From a virus (Duplodnaviria; Caudoviricetes), in IMG/VR virus record IMGVR_UViG_3300014202_000207, positions 1 to 26,165 of that record: DNA of 26,165 bases; one strand, written 5' to 3'. This document shows, piece after piece, positions 1 to 8,676 of the stretch; the stretch's first letter is position 1, and each line of letters opens with the position of its first letter. A model generated the notes under the pieces. The model worked only from the letters and a program-made list of their open reading frames with translations, was not told the DNA's origin and ran no database searches. The position numbers and the translations under genes are program-made.

Positions 1-1
1 G

Positions 2-805
2 GCCTGCGCCGACGAGGCTGCCGATACCGTCAACCGTGCCGGAGCCTTCGGCGGCCGTAGCACTCGGGAACGAGTAGATGCGGGCGATCGGCCTTTGCAG
101 GAGCAGCGTGGGCTCCCGCGTGATATTGGCGGCCTCAAAGTTTGACAGTTGGTTTCGCGTAAATCCCGCCATCAAGATATTTTGGAACGCGCTGCCGGCC
201 GATACACCAGTTCTGTCGTGCCTGGCAAATCCCCACGCGGCGACGTTTGTATTTGTGCGGGTCGGGTTCGCTGCGTTACTGGCAAGCAATTTCCCGTCGA
301 GCCAAATCTGCATCCCATTCGGGCCGGTTGAGAAGGCCCAGCAATGCAGTTCCGCGTCCGGTGTCCACGCGACTGACAGTCGGCTTGTGCCTTCGGTAGC
401 GCCGCCGAAATCCCAATAGACGACAGAGTCGGTAAACGGGATATGGCCGCCGAAACGCGCCCCCACTGACCCGGCTGTGACTCGAGTGCCGAAGTTCTCG
501 GCCTGATTTGCATTGCTGGGTGCGGTGGCGACCCTGCGACGCATCCAGATGATAAGCGTCGTATCGCTCGTCGGCAGGTTCGCGGTTGAGGTGACGAGAT
601 CGGTGTAGTCTTTGTTCGCGTCGTGAACCAGGACGTTTCCATCCTGACTGGCCTCGATGCCAGACCCGCTACCCGCCGCCCATAACTGGCCGGTCGTGAT
701 GTCCGGGCGCGACGAATCGAACAGCCACAGCCGGCTAAACTTCGTTCTCGCAAGGGTCGACGGGGTAGTCGAGAGTTGCGACCACTTAGCCGGCAAGATA
801 ATCAT
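2..805 (-). CDS. Virion-associated protein with a concanavalin-A/LamG-like domain (3' end outside the window)
   Basis: Absent from the ORF track; read by hand. ATG at 805 overlaps the upstream stop (TGATG) and the frame is open to the window edge: MIILPAKWSQ...TTLIIWMRR...LHCWAFSTGPNGMQIWLDGKLLAS...AAEGSGTVDGIGSLVGAG. The H-x-W...IWLDG pattern is LamG-like. Confidence 0.65.
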   Translation of the reverse strand, partial: MIILPAKWSQLSTTPSTLARTKFSRLWLFDSSRPDITTGQLWAAGSGSGIEASQDGNVLVHDANKDYTDLVTSTANLPTSDTTLIIWMRRRVATAPSNANQAENFGTRVTAGSVGARFGGHIPFTDSVVYWDFGGATEGTSRLSVAWTPDAELHCWAFSTGPNGMQIWLDGKLLASNAANPTRTNTNVAAWGFARHDRTGVSAGSAFQNILMAGFTRNQLSNFEAANITREPTLLLQRPIARIYSFPSATAAEGSGTVDGIGSLVGAG

Positions 806-1308
806 CAGGCTACGTCGTACTTGATGCCGTTGTAGCTGAACAGGTTGGCATTAGTGGCGTTGAGGTTCACGCCTGTATTGTGGGCCACGAACAGACCCCA
901 GAATTTCGGCATGACCCCGCCGAACAGTTGCGCCACGCTGAACGGAGCAACGCGATAAGTCACATTCGACGTGTTCACAAGAACGGGGATGTAGGCGCCT
1001 AATTTGAGAGATCCCGCCTGCGATGTCGTAATAGTTTCGGCCGAATCCGTACCGTCAAGGTCGTTTATCGGTGCCGTCGACAGGCTTTCGTCAGCGCCCC
1101 AGACGTAGATGTTGATCGTGCTTGGGATCGTGCTTGGAGTCGTGCCTACCGTTACCTCACCCTGAACAAGCGCGTCAACGTACTTGTTCGTCGTGTTGTC
1201 GATTTCAGACGATTCCCGCCCAGCCACCCATGTCGCCGACGTGGCGAGGCTTCCCAGGTCCATGGTGATGGCTGTGTTGGACGAGTAGCTGATCGTGACG
1301 GTAGCCAT
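805..1308 (-). CDS. Putative virion structural protein (Thr/Ser-rich, probably beta-rich)
   Basis: 167 aa, coupled to both neighbours, lies in the late operon; composition typical of virion proteins. Confidence 0.6.
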   Translation of the reverse strand: MATVTISYSSNTAITMDLGSLATSATWVAGRESSEIDNTTNKYVDALVQGEVTVGTTPSTIPSTINIYVWGADESLSTAPINDLDGTDSAETITTSQAGSLKLGAYIPVLVNTSNVTYRVAPFSVAQLFGGVMPKFWGLFVAHNTGVNLNATNANLFSYNGIKYDVA

Positions 1309-1799
1309 TAGCTATTCCGCGCCTTTTCGACTTCTTGATAAGACAAAAAGCCCTCGAATCCCATCAATGCCGGGCTTTGATACGTGCCCGTGCCGGTCGC
1401 GAGAATCTGCTCGGCGCGGGTTGCGTTCCTGCGCCACAGCGTTTCGAGTGCGTCGCGGGTTGTGGCGCCCTGCCCGCCCAATGCGCCGCTGAACGTATTC
1501 GCCCAGTAAGTCCGAATGTCGGGACGGGATGGGCTGAACGACTCCGGGTTCATTGAGTAGAACGTGTTGATACGGTTTCGGTTGGCGTCCGTCATCGCCT
1601 CCACCGCGATGTAGTTCACCGTGTTGCCGACTTCAGCCGTGTCCACGCTCTTGCGCCAGACGATGAACGCGGGCGCGGCTTCCTTGTTCAGTTCGGCCGC
1701 GATGAAGAACGCGCCGTCTGAGTTCAATGGCTGTGCCGACAGAACCGGGTCGGCATCGATGGCGGCCTTGAGTGCCTGAAGTTGTGCGGTGGTCAGCAT
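1308..1799 (-). CDS. Hypothetical phage protein, late operon
   Basis: 163 aa (MLTTAQLQALKAAIDADP...), tightly packed between neighbours. Confidence 0.6.
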   Translation of the reverse strand: MLTTAQLQALKAAIDADPVLSAQPLNSDGAFFIAAELNKEAAPAFIVWRKSVDTAEVGNTVNYIAVEAMTDANRNRINTFYSMNPESFSPSRPDIRTYWANTFSGALGGQGATTRDALETLWRRNATRAEQILATGTGTYQSPALMGFEGFLSYQEVEKARNS

Positions 1800-1800
1800 G

Positions 1801-2151
1801 TTACGAATCCGTCAGCCGCAGCTTCGTGTTCGTGGCCTTCAGCGTGTACTCACCCGCTGAGTTAGCCGCTACGTCGCCGGCCGTGATCGAGCCGGACCCC
1901 TCGAATACCGTGCCGGTGTTCTTCCACACGGAAAAGTGCGTGACGGACTGGCTGGCGGTCAGGCCCGTGACCGTGACGTCACTGGACAGCGCGCGCTCGG
2001 CGGATGACGCGGCGGCGAAGGTGGCGGACGAGAGTCCCGCGCCCAGTGCGTTGTCCGTGCCCGCAGCCCCAGGGGCGCCCGAATGAAGCCGTACTCGATC
2101 TGCCGTAAGGGCGTCGAGCATCAGGTTTTTTGCAGCGGTGCTATATGGCAT
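1801..2151 (-). CDS. Small tail-fibre-associated/virion protein
   Basis: 116 aa; the AKNLMLDAL...LHSGAPGAAGT pattern resembles a widespread small virion protein family; ATG overlaps the portal stop. Confidence 0.6.
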   Translation of the reverse strand: MPYSTAAKNLMLDALTADRVRLHSGAPGAAGTDNALGAGLSSATFAAASSAERALSSDVTVTGLTASQSVTHFSVWKNTGTVFEGSGSITAGDVAANSAGEYTLKATNTKLRLTDS

Positions 2152-4583
2152 CAGTCGGTCTCCTCACCGGGCATGCCGGTCAATTTGTTCACGGTGGCGC
2201 GCAATGTGTCGTCTGTGCGCGGCCCTTTCAGGTATTCGGCAATGACGCTGGTGCGCCGCTGCCGCTCGGTCTCGATGCGGTCGAGCTTGGATTGCAGGGC
2301 TTGCAGGTCGACTTTGATCTCCTCGACCCCGTCGTCACCCTCCTCCTCGCCCGCCATGGCCTGCGTCGCCTGCATCTGCTCGATGCGCTGACTGAGCGCG
2401 GCCACGTGCTGCTCCAATGCCGCCTGCTCACGGCGGAACGTGCGCTCGGCCTCCGCGCGCTGGTCCTCGCGGTCCCACTGTTCGCGTGTGATGCTGGTCT
2501 TGGATTCCGACTCGGCGGCGCGCTTCTGCTCGTCCGCCTGCGAACGCATCGCCTGCTCGGCCTTGGTCGCCTCGCGCTCGGCCTTGCGCTCCTCCATCTC
2601 GCGCTCGCGGAGACTGCGCTCGAACTGCTTCTCCTCCAACGCGGCCTGCTCGGTCGCCAGCTTCTGCTGGTCAGCCTGCTGTAGCTGCGCCTGCGCCTGT
2701 TCCAGCGCTTGGGAGAGTTCGCCGATCTGCTGCTGCATGGCCTGCATCTGCTGCGCCTGTGCCTGGCCTTCCTCGCCCTCCGGCCCGAGCAACTCTTCCA
2801 GATCCAAGCGCTCGTCGTACTTGCGCAGGGTCTCCTTCAACAGCTTGCGCAGCACGTCGGCCAGCTGCAGCTGACCGGCCATCTGAAGCTCGAAAATCTT
2901 GGTGATCGTCTGCTCGATGACCGGCAGCAACATCTGCCACTGCTCGCGCTCCTTGGCCTGATTCGGCTTGCTGGTGGAGCCGGCGCGGATGTCGATGTTC
3001 ACGAGCGCGAACACCTGCTCCTTCGCCATCATCGGCCACACCGCATCCTGCCCGGCGAGGTACTGCACCTGCTCGACGGTCAACTCCTGCAGGCAGATCT
3101 CGGCCGCCGCCTTGGCCATCTCCTTGAGCACGTCCTCGGTCACGTCGCGGCGGAAGTCGGAGCGGCCCATCAGGCCGGCCTGCTGGATCTGCGCCTCCGT
3201 CGCCGTCTTGGCCTCGACGATGCCGCCCGCCGCCGCGTCACCCCGGCCGGCCACCATCTCCATGTCGCCGCGAATGGGGTTGGTGTCGTAGACGGACGGG
3301 TCCATCGGGATGCCGGGGATCTCGCCCAGGTCTTGCCCAAGCGGCTCGCCCGGCTTGCCGGAGACCACGATGATCTGCCGGCTCTTGCGGTTCTTGATGT
3401 TGTCGACGTCCTCCTGCGTCAGCGAGCCACTGCCGCGCACCACGCGCACCGGCATGCTGTCGGCCCGGTGCTCCGCCCACTGCGTGCGGGTGCGGTTGTA
3501 CTCGTCCTGCAACTCCTTCTGCAGCGAGACATCGGGCAGCGCGTTCATGCTGCCGTCTTGGAAGTTCCAGCCGAGACGGTAGAACGGATACCAGCGCTCC
3601 GGCTGCTTGGCCGGCTGGTAGGGCTCACGCGCCCACTGACAGCCGCCCTCGGCGAAGGTGTAGACGGTGTTGGACTTCAACTGCCAGATCTCATGCACGC
3701 ACACGAGTTCGGCGGTTTCGCGATCCTTGACCGATCCCGGCGTCGCGCCGGTCGAGTCCGGCTGCAGCTTGCGCTCGTGGTGGATGGTGGGCGCACCCTC
3801 CTTCGGCCACTCCACGCCGGTCAACTGCTCGTAGTCCTCCTTCGTCATCCAGATCATGTGGTCGATGGCGTCGGCCTGCGCGTAGCTGTCGAAGAACGTC
3901 AGCGTGCGGTCGAGCACCATGATGTCGTCGGACTGGATGCCGTCGATCACAAGCCCTTCTGCGACGACCACTTCCACCTGCGCTTCCAGCGCCTCGATCA
4001 TGGTCAGCAGTTCGGCCTTGGCCAGTTCGGTGTCGCGCGAGTCGTCGACGTGCTTGGACCGGCGCAGCATCCATTCGAGCGTGCGCAGGTTGTCCTGTGC
4101 GTCGTGGATACGGGACTTGATGATCGGATCGCTGGCGTAGTCGCGCTGATAGATCATCTTCAGCCACGCTTCGCCCGTGTTGTAGGTGCTGTACAGCGCC
4201 GCCCGCATGCGCTGCTTCAGCTGCGTGTCCTCGATGAACATGCGACTGAGCACGATGTCGAGCGTTTGCGCGAACTGCTTGACGGTGCGATAGGTGGCCG
4301 GGGAGACGGACCGGCTCGGGGAGACGGCAATCTCGGGGTTCTTGGCGTAGACGTTCGGGACGATGGTGGACTGATTGGCGTAAATGAGGTTGGTCCGCAC
4401 CAGCCCGCCCTTGCCGTCATCGTGCTTGGTGCCCGCCGAATACTCGCGGTTGTCCTTCCACTCCTTGCAGCGCTTGTCGTGGGCCTCGTGGTAGGTGCGG
4501 ACGCGCTTCTGCCAATTCTCCAGCTGCGGGGGGCGTTGCCGCTCCCCGCTGCCGGTGTCCGCGCTGTAGGCGGGTGATGCCAT
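2151..4583 (-). CDS. Portal protein (P22-like) with a long C-terminal coiled coil
   Basis: 810 aa from ATG 4583 (TGATG overlap). Downstream of TerL; portal-type motifs LQKELQDEYNRTRTQ, KTATEAQI, IDIRAGSTSKPN; Q/E/A-rich helical tail. Confidence 0.85.
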   Translation of the reverse strand: MASPAYSADTGSGERQRPPQLENWQKRVRTYHEAHDKRCKEWKDNREYSAGTKHDDGKGGLVRTNLIYANQSTIVPNVYAKNPEIAVSPSRSVSPATYRTVKQFAQTLDIVLSRMFIEDTQLKQRMRAALYSTYNTGEAWLKMIYQRDYASDPIIKSRIHDAQDNLRTLEWMLRRSKHVDDSRDTELAKAELLTMIEALEAQVEVVVAEGLVIDGIQSDDIMVLDRTLTFFDSYAQADAIDHMIWMTKEDYEQLTGVEWPKEGAPTIHHERKLQPDSTGATPGSVKDRETAELVCVHEIWQLKSNTVYTFAEGGCQWAREPYQPAKQPERWYPFYRLGWNFQDGSMNALPDVSLQKELQDEYNRTRTQWAEHRADSMPVRVVRGSGSLTQEDVDNIKNRKSRQIIVVSGKPGEPLGQDLGEIPGIPMDPSVYDTNPIRGDMEMVAGRGDAAAGGIVEAKTATEAQIQQAGLMGRSDFRRDVTEDVLKEMAKAAAEICLQELTVEQVQYLAGQDAVWPMMAKEQVFALVNIDIRAGSTSKPNQAKEREQWQMLLPVIEQTITKIFELQMAGQLQLADVLRKLLKETLRKYDERLDLEELLGPEGEEGQAQAQQMQAMQQQIGELSQALEQAQAQLQQADQQKLATEQAALEEKQFERSLREREMEERKAEREATKAEQAMRSQADEQKRAAESESKTSITREQWDREDQRAEAERTFRREQAALEQHVAALSQRIEQMQATQAMAGEEEGDDGVEEIKVDLQALQSKLDRIETERQRRTSVIAEYLKGPRTDDTLRATVNKLTGMPGEETD

Positions 4584-5191
4584 CAGTACAGGAGGTCGAT
4601 TTCCGCTCCGCCCGCCGCGTACGCGGAGCACACCGCGTACATCATCCGGCGCAGATCAACGTTGCGCATCTCGTCGATGCCGTCGTTGGTCGCGCCTGGC
4701 ACGCTCCACGCGACGTCGTTGATGCAGTCCTCGAAGTAGGTGGCGAGCGTGGTCCCGTCGGACGCCAGGATCTCGGCGTCGGTCGCGTCGGACTTGCTGC
4801 CCATCACCGCGAACGTGCCATCCAGCACCAGCTGGTCGGCGGTACGGTGTGCGTAGGCGACGGCTGCGTGGCCCTTCATGAACGGGGTCTGGTCGAACAC
4901 CGCTGCGATCACGGTGTTGGTCACAGTCACCGCGCCGCCCGTGGTCGTGCCCGGCAGGCTGAACGTGTTGGTGCCGGTCGAGACCAGCGAGAAGATGCCG
5001 TTGGCCGCCGCGCTGCCGGTCGAGCCGAACAGGGCGAAACGGCGCAGCGCGTCACGCGGGTTCTGCGCAAGCGACGGAATGTTGTGCAGCGCGCCCAGCG
5101 TCGCGACATGCGGGCTGGCATTGCTGATGGACGAGACGGTGATACCGCGAGCGGCCGAAGCCAGCACGCCAAGGGAGCGACGCATGAACAT
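4583..5191 (-). CDS. Putative virion protein with an E1-FCCH-like motif (ITVSSISNASPHVAT...H)
   Basis: ATG 5191 preceded by GGAGG; 202 aa; motif resembles the ITxITNAxPxVxT...H segments of phage structural proteins. Confidence 0.55.
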   Translation of the reverse strand: MFMRRSLGVLASAARGITVSSISNASPHVATLGALHNIPSLAQNPRDALRRFALFGSTGSAAANGIFSLVSTGTNTFSLPGTTTGGAVTVTNTVIAAVFDQTPFMKGHAAVAYAHRTADQLVLDGTFAVMGSKSDATDAEILASDGTTLATYFEDCINDVAWSVPGATNDGIDEMRNVDLRRMMYAVCSAYAAGGAEIDLLY

Positions 5192-5204
5192 GGTTTGGAG
5201 CCTC

Positions 5205-5285
5205 CGGCAGAGATCGGCCCTGCGAGCCGGCACGGCTTCGACGACCCCGTGCGGACATCGGACGCCCACGCGCCCGACACCGCCG
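5205..5285 (-). ncRNA. Putative cis-regulatory structured RNA (four-way junction)
   Basis: Hand folding gives a closing helix plus three hairpins that fill the intergenic gap up to the RBS; see findings. Confidence 0.35.
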
Positions 5286-5807
5286 TTATTGCCGCGTCGG
5301 GGCCTCGGCGTCCAACGAAACGCCTAGGTTTTCCTGCGACGATAGATCTACGCCCCACGCTGCCGCGTTGGCGTACTCCTGCGCCGCCGTCAGCGTGTCC
5401 TGCAGCCCCTGCAGCGCCTGCTTGCGGGCCGCATGCGGGGACTCGGCGGAGACGAGGATGACATCCCCGCCGAGCAGCGCACGGGTGACGCTGCGCCCCT
5501 GCAGCTTGCCGGACACGCTGAACATGAACATGCCGTGGCGGATGCCGTCGATCTCCGGCAACTCGCCCTCCAACTCCGGATGCACGTGCGTCATCTCCAT
5601 CAACTGCTCGATGGTGATGAACGGCCGGTGCTTCTTCAGCGCGCCGCTCATGCCGGCCAATGCCGCGCGGACCTTCTTCTCGTGCCAATACTCGAACTCC
5701 GACTGCGGTGATGTATCGAACGGGTTCTGGTCCGGTACGTCGGCCTCCGTCTGCCGCTTGCCGAGGCGCGCAGCCGGGCGGAACTCGTTCACGTCGGGTA
5801 GCTTCAT
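5286..5807 (-). CDS. Hypothetical protein
   Basis: 173 aa from ATG 5807 (MKLPDVNEFRP...), AGGAG RBS, overlaps the TerL stop. Confidence 0.7.
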   Translation of the reverse strand: MKLPDVNEFRPAARLGKRQTEADVPDQNPFDTSPQSEFEYWHEKKVRAALAGMSGALKKHRPFITIEQLMEMTHVHPELEGELPEIDGIRHGMFMFSVSGKLQGRSVTRALLGGDVILVSAESPHAARKQALQGLQDTLTAAQEYANAAAWGVDLSSQENLGVSLDAEAPTRQ

Positions 5808-7396
5808 CACTTGCTCCTGTAGATGGATTCTTGCGTCTGCCGCTGCTGATCTGTGATCCACAGCAAGTAGTCGTAGGTGCCGTAGGCGGGCACGCTGGAC
5901 GGCTTGGTCGTGTCCTTGCCGCCGCGCATTTGGTAGATCATCCGGCCGAGCAGGGATGCCGCGTCGTGGTCGTCGTCGCGCTTGGCCGAGCCGAACCGCA
6001 CCAGCCGTTCGAGGAAGTCCTTCGCCCACGGCGCCTGGCGCGGCAGGTAGACCCGCCGTTGAGCCGCCAACGCCCGGAACGCCTGCCCACGCTGCGCCTT
6101 GTCGACAGATGACGCGAACTGCTCGCGCGCCGTCCATGCGTCGTGCCGCTGCTGCTGTAGCGTGATGACGCTGTCCAACGAGCGGATGATCTGCCCGGAC
6201 TCCTCGCCCCACCCCACCGGCTGCCACTGCCGGACGAGGCGGATGAACTCGTCGATCCAGATGGACGCATCCGTCTGCCCGGTCCAGTAGTCGCAGAGAT
6301 ACAACTCCTCCATCATCGCCGGCCCGGCCACCGCGCCGACCAAGTGCACGGTGTAGTCGCCGCCGTCCTGCGTCACCGCGTAGTCGCTCGCGCCGTAATA
6401 GCGGACGTGCTTAGGCAGCTCGTCGTACCACTGGAACCACTCGCGGCGGTAATAGTCGCCCTCCTCCGGACTCGGTCGCTGCTGGTAGAGCGCCGCCCAG
6501 CTGCGTGATGGGAGGGTTATGCGCTGCTGCTCCAACGCCTCGCGGGTGTAGTAGTTCGGCCAGTACGACTCGCCCGGCTTGCGGCCGAGAATGTCGTCGT
6601 CGCGCTCGGCAAGGGCCTGCATGCTGATGACGAACCACATCTCGCCGTCCCGTGCGCGGATCCAGCCGGACTCACCGTTGTAGCCTTCCGGCAGGATGCG
6701 GCCGGCGACGTCGTCCTCATGCCAGCGAGTTTGGACCAGCGCTATGGACCCACCCGGCTTGAGACGGGTGCGAAGGTCGTCCGTGTACCAGGCCCACGCC
6801 GCGTCCCGCTTGACCTGGCTGTCGGCGTCCTGCCGGGTCTTGAACGGGTCGTCGATGATGGCGATGTCAGCCCGGCGCCCCGCGATGCCTGTCCCGATGC
6901 CGGCCGCGAAGTAGCTGGACGTGCGCGGGTCGCCCTCGGCCGTCTGGAAGGTGTGCCACTCGTGCGCCGCGCTGCTGCTCGGGTCGAGGATGGTGGGGAA
7001 TACGTGCCCGTACAGCGGGTCGCGGATGGTGTTGCGGACGCGCCTACCGAACTGCCGGGCAAGCGCCCGCGTGTGACTTGCCGCAATGAGGGCAATGCCC
7101 GGTCGCCGGCCCACCGCGAATGCTGGCGCGAATACGCTCGTGTAGGTCGACTTCGCCCCGCCCGGCGGCATGAACACCATCGCCCTCGGCATCCGGCCGT
7201 CCACTATCTCCTGCAGCGCCCAGCACAAGATCTCGTGGTGCTTCTGCGGTTCCAGGTCGCTCACGTATCGCACGAAATGCGGCAGGTAGTTCCGCGCCAG
7301 CGTCAGCAGTGCCCGCCGCCTGGCCGCCTCCTGCGCCGCGCTCCGGGTATGCGAGTTCGATGAGCTTGTCTGCTGGGAGTGCGCTGAAGTCTGCAT
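5807..7396 (-). CDS. terL: Terminase large subunit
   Basis: Walker A variant MPPGGAKST, GIAGRRADIAIIDDP (Walker B), QTRWHEDD, YQQRP, nuclease motifs ASDYA...GDYTV and DDDHDA. Start uncertain. Confidence 0.95.
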   Translation of the reverse strand: MQTSAHSQQTSSSNSHTRSAAQEAARRRALLTLARNYLPHFVRYVSDLEPQKHHEILCWALQEIVDGRMPRAMVFMPPGGAKSTYTSVFAPAFAVGRRPGIALIAASHTRALARQFGRRVRNTIRDPLYGHVFPTILDPSSSAAHEWHTFQTAEGDPRTSSYFAAGIGTGIAGRRADIAIIDDPFKTRQDADSQVKRDAAWAWYTDDLRTRLKPGGSIALVQTRWHEDDVAGRILPEGYNGESGWIRARDGEMWFVISMQALAERDDDILGRKPGESYWPNYYTREALEQQRITLPSRSWAALYQQRPSPEEGDYYRREWFQWYDELPKHVRYYGASDYAVTQDGGDYTVHLVGAVAGPAMMEELYLCDYWTGQTDASIWIDEFIRLVRQWQPVGWGEESGQIIRSLDSVITLQQQRHDAWTAREQFASSVDKAQRGQAFRALAAQRRVYLPRQAPWAKDFLERLVRFGSAKRDDDHDAASLLGRMIYQMRGGKDTTKPSSVPAYGTYDYLLWITDQQRQTQESIYRSK

Positions 7397-7853
7397 CGAT
7401 CACATTCCCGCCCACGGGCGATGGCAGGGCGACGTCCCGCTCTCTGCCAATCGCGTGATCTGCACCGACGAACCGGCAGAACAGCTTGATCCACGCCCGC
7501 TGCTCGCGACTGGATGCCGGGTCGTCCTTGTCCGCGATGCGCTGGAAGCATTGGATGGCCCACTGCTGGACCTTCTCGAAGTTGAGTTGATAGCGTTCCA
7601 GCGTCGGCTTCCGGATCTCGTCGATGTGCGCCTGCACGGCTGGATGCGCCCGCAGCCGGGCGATCTGGCCGTAGCGCGATTGACTCTGCCACTTCTCGGC
7701 GGCCGGGTAGGCGTGCAGCAGCGCCGCCACCCCATCGCCGTGGACGGCGTAGTGCTCCGCGAACGCACGCATCGGCGGCGTGATCCGTGGCGCGTATTGG
7801 GTAGCGCGCCTGCCACGCTTGTGTGATTGCTTGGCCGGCTTCTCATCACTCAC
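7044..7853 (-). CDS. terS: Terminase small subunit (last ~100 codons overlap terL)
   Basis: Immediately upstream of terL; N-terminal FAEHYAVHGDGVAALLHAYP...RLRAHPAVQAHIDE is TerS-like; the natural-looking part ends near DFSALPADKLIELAYPE (~7340). Confidence 0.75.
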   Translation of the reverse strand: MSDEKPAKQSHKRGRRATQYAPRITPPMRAFAEHYAVHGDGVAALLHAYPAAEKWQSQSRYGQIARLRAHPAVQAHIDEIRKPTLERYQLNFEKVQQWAIQCFQRIADKDDPASSREQRAWIKLFCRFVGADHAIGRERDVALPSPVGGNVIDADFSALPADKLIELAYPERGAGGGQAAGTADAGAELPAAFRAIRERPGTAEAPRDLVLGAAGDSGRPDAEGDGVHAAGRGEVDLHERIRASIRGGPATGHCPHCGKSHAGACPAVR

Positions 7854-8412
7854 GCTTGGCCGCCGTCGCCATCAGTGTGTCCTTCTCGCGGCTGCCGCGA
7901 CTGCTGCCGAACTCGAACTGGTGCGCATCGCGCAGGGACAGGCCGAAGTAGGCGGCCACGTTGGCCAGCTGCGTGACCAATGCCGCCGCTGCCGCCTCGG
8001 ACAGCGACATATTGCCCTGCGCCTGCAGATAGCCGATCCAGACGATGCCGATGACACAGGCGACCAGGCCCGACACGTCCGCGAACACCATCCAGTTGGC
8101 CCGCGTGTTCTCGCCGCCTGCGATCTTGCGGACCTCCATGTCGCGCTCGCGGGCGTTTGCGCGATCTGCGTCCGCCAGCTGATCGAGCACCACGGCGTGA
8201 CTGAGCAGCGCCATGCGGAACTCATGGGCGAGCGGCTCGCTTTTGCGCAGCGCGGCCAATGCGGCCTCTGGATCTGGCTTCCTGGTTACACCGGTCGCCG
8301 CATCGACCACCACCTGCGCGACCTCGCCACCCTTCTGCCCGATAACCTTACCGACCAACTCGGGCAGGAACTCGCGCGCGAGCGCTGCCGCAATCGGAAT
8401 CAATGGCGCCAT
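7846..8412 (-). CDS. Holin-like membrane protein
   Basis: ATG 8412 with GAGGAGG RBS; DRANARER motif, hydrophobic segments, C-terminal FEFGSSRGSREKD typical of this lysis-cassette family. Confidence 0.75.
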   Translation of the reverse strand: MAPLIPIAAALAREFLPELVGKVIGQKGGEVAQVVVDAATGVTRKPDPEAALAALRKSEPLAHEFRMALLSHAVVLDQLADADRANARERDMEVRKIAGGENTRANWMVFADVSGLVACVIGIVWIGYLQAQGNMSLSEAAAAALVTQLANVAAYFGLSLRDAHQFEFGSSRGSREKDTLMATAAKRE

Positions 8413-8425
8413 GCTGTCCTCCTCG

Positions 8426-8599
8426 TCATAAGATGCCCGCCTCCTGCGCCGCACTGAGCAAGTCCTGCATCATGTCCGGCAACCTTGGCCGCCCGCCCAC
8501 GTAGCCCCACAGCTGATGGCCGTGGTCGCGCATGAGCCGCTGGTATCGGTGCTTGGTGTCCGTCGAGCACCACAGCAGCCCGTTCTCGGTCACGAACAC
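8426..8599 (-). CDS. Small hypothetical protein in the lysis cassette (start uncertain)
   Basis: GC3-rich frame; GTG at 8599 has GGAGG 5 nt upstream; coding-like frame extends back to ~8690. Confidence 0.5.
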   Translation of the reverse strand: MFVTENGLLWCSTDTKHRYQRLMRDHGHQLWGYVGGRPRLPDMMQDLLSAAQEAGIL

Positions 8600-8676
8600 C
8601 GCGACCTCCCGACTGTGCGAATACTGCAGGTTGCTCCACAGCGCGCAGATGGTTTGGACCGCCTGCTCGAACGGCT

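Noticed and set aside
2709-4577. 622-aa plus-strand ORF and other long antisense ORFs (e.g. 9604-10623, 20370-21887)
   Set aside because: Shadow frames of GC3-rich genes on the opposite strand; no motifs or RBS.
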